From Zootoca vivipara (taxonomy: Eukaryota): 64,000 bases of DNA. Below, piece by piece: positions 63,100-64,000 of the stretch. Under the pieces are notes generated by a model. That model made no database searches. It was not told where the DNA came from and worked only from the letters and a program-made list of their open reading frames with translations. Each line of letters begins with the position of its first letter. Position 1 is the stretch's first letter. The stretch spans positions 24,924,001-24,988,000 of the forward strand of contig NC_083284.1 in assembly GCF_963506605.1 (NCBI RefSeq). Reading direction: 5' to 3'. Made by a program: the position numbers and the translations under genes.

Positions 63100-63806
63100 A
63101 CCTTCGCAGGGAAACCAAAATGCTTGTTTACAAAGCTATTGTACTACCAACTTACTATATGCTTGTGAAACATGGACCACTTATAAACGCCATCTCCAAC
63201 TCCTTGAAAGATTCCACCAACAGTGTCTCTGAAGACAGGTGAACTAATATCAGTGTACTGGAAAAAGCAAAGATCACCAGTGTTGAAGCAATGATTCTTC
63301 AACATCAACTTTGTTGGACTAGTCATGTTGTGCAGATGCTTGATGATCGTCTTCAAAAGCAACTACTCTATTCTGAACTTAGAAATGGAAAGCGTAATGC
63401 TGGTGGTCAACAAAAGAGGATTAAAGACTGTCTCAAGGCAAATCTAAAAAAAAATGTAGTATAAACACTGACAACCGGGAAACACTGGCCTGTGAGGGCT
63501 CCAGTTGGAGAATAGCCTTTACCAAAGGTGTCATGGGCTTTGAAGAAACTCAATCTCAGGATGCAAGGGAGAAACGTGCTAAGAGGAAGGCACACTTGGG
63601 AAATCCACACCATGATCAACTCCCGACCAGAAACCAATGTCCCCAAAGACGTGTGGATCCAGAATTGGCCTCCACAGTCACTTACAGACTAATTGTTAAA
63701 ACCGTGTTTATGGAAGACAATCTTACTCGGCTACGAGTGATAGAAGAAGAAGAAGAAGAAGAAGAAGAAGAAGAAGAAGAAGAAGAAGAAGAAGAAGAAG
63801 AAGAAG
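63100..63806 (+). mobile_element. RTE-clade LINE 3' fragment (frameshifted) with (AGA)n tail
   Basis: Pieces read RRETKMLVYKAIVLPT/LYACETWTTYKRHLQLLERFHQ and KQLLYSELRNGKRNAGGQQKR. Stem-loop actcg-gcta-cgagt at 63725-63738 just before the (AGA)n tail at 63742-63806. Confidence 0.88.
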
Positions 63807-64000
63807 GCGGCTGCAATGTTCCAAAATCTGGTTTGCTGGGTGCGTGACGGCATGGCTACTAGGGTTCAGATCCCATAAATAATTTGGTGTGGTGTGTATA
63901 AAGCTTGAGTATATCTCCATAGTAAAGTAGTGTCCATACTTACCATGCTGAATCCAGTTTTGATTGCTTGTGTGTTAAGTTGTGCTCATGATAAAGCTGT

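Overview
Vertebrate, non-prokaryotic DNA, almost certainly squamate and probably a lacertid lizard. This is inferred from the repeat content: a Sauria SINE, tRNA/CR1-tail SINEs, L2, CR1, RTE/BovB and lizard-type hAT/Tigger MITEs. The window is repeat-rich intronic or intergenic sequence with three short N gaps. I could not identify any host protein-coding exon with confidence. The only recognisable coding sequences are retroelements: a nearly intact, 5'-truncated Penelope-like element (RT + GIY-YIG, 58590-60794, one frameshift, 13-bp TSD), two L2 RT fragments and an RTE 3' fragment. The most interesting signal is a minimal type-I hammerhead ribozyme at the 3' end of the Penelope element. It recurs in two tiny TSD-flanked insertions (19164-19288 and 21482-21584). 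These two differ from each other downstream of the ribozyme but start at the same nucleotide, about 33 nt downstream of a TATA-like box in the long copy. They may therefore be reverse-transcribed, ribozyme-headed 5' leaders. Other notable items are five Buster-type hAT MITEs with nnnTAnnn TSDs carrying ZNF143/THAP11-like motifs, a CpG-rich MITE packed with YY1 and ETS motifs, a solo LTR with a 5-bp TSD, several nested insertions, and a TE-poor block around two gaps (about 28.4-32.0 kb) that may be a regulatory or first-exon region. Boundaries of old repeats are approximate; TSD coordinates were counted directly.
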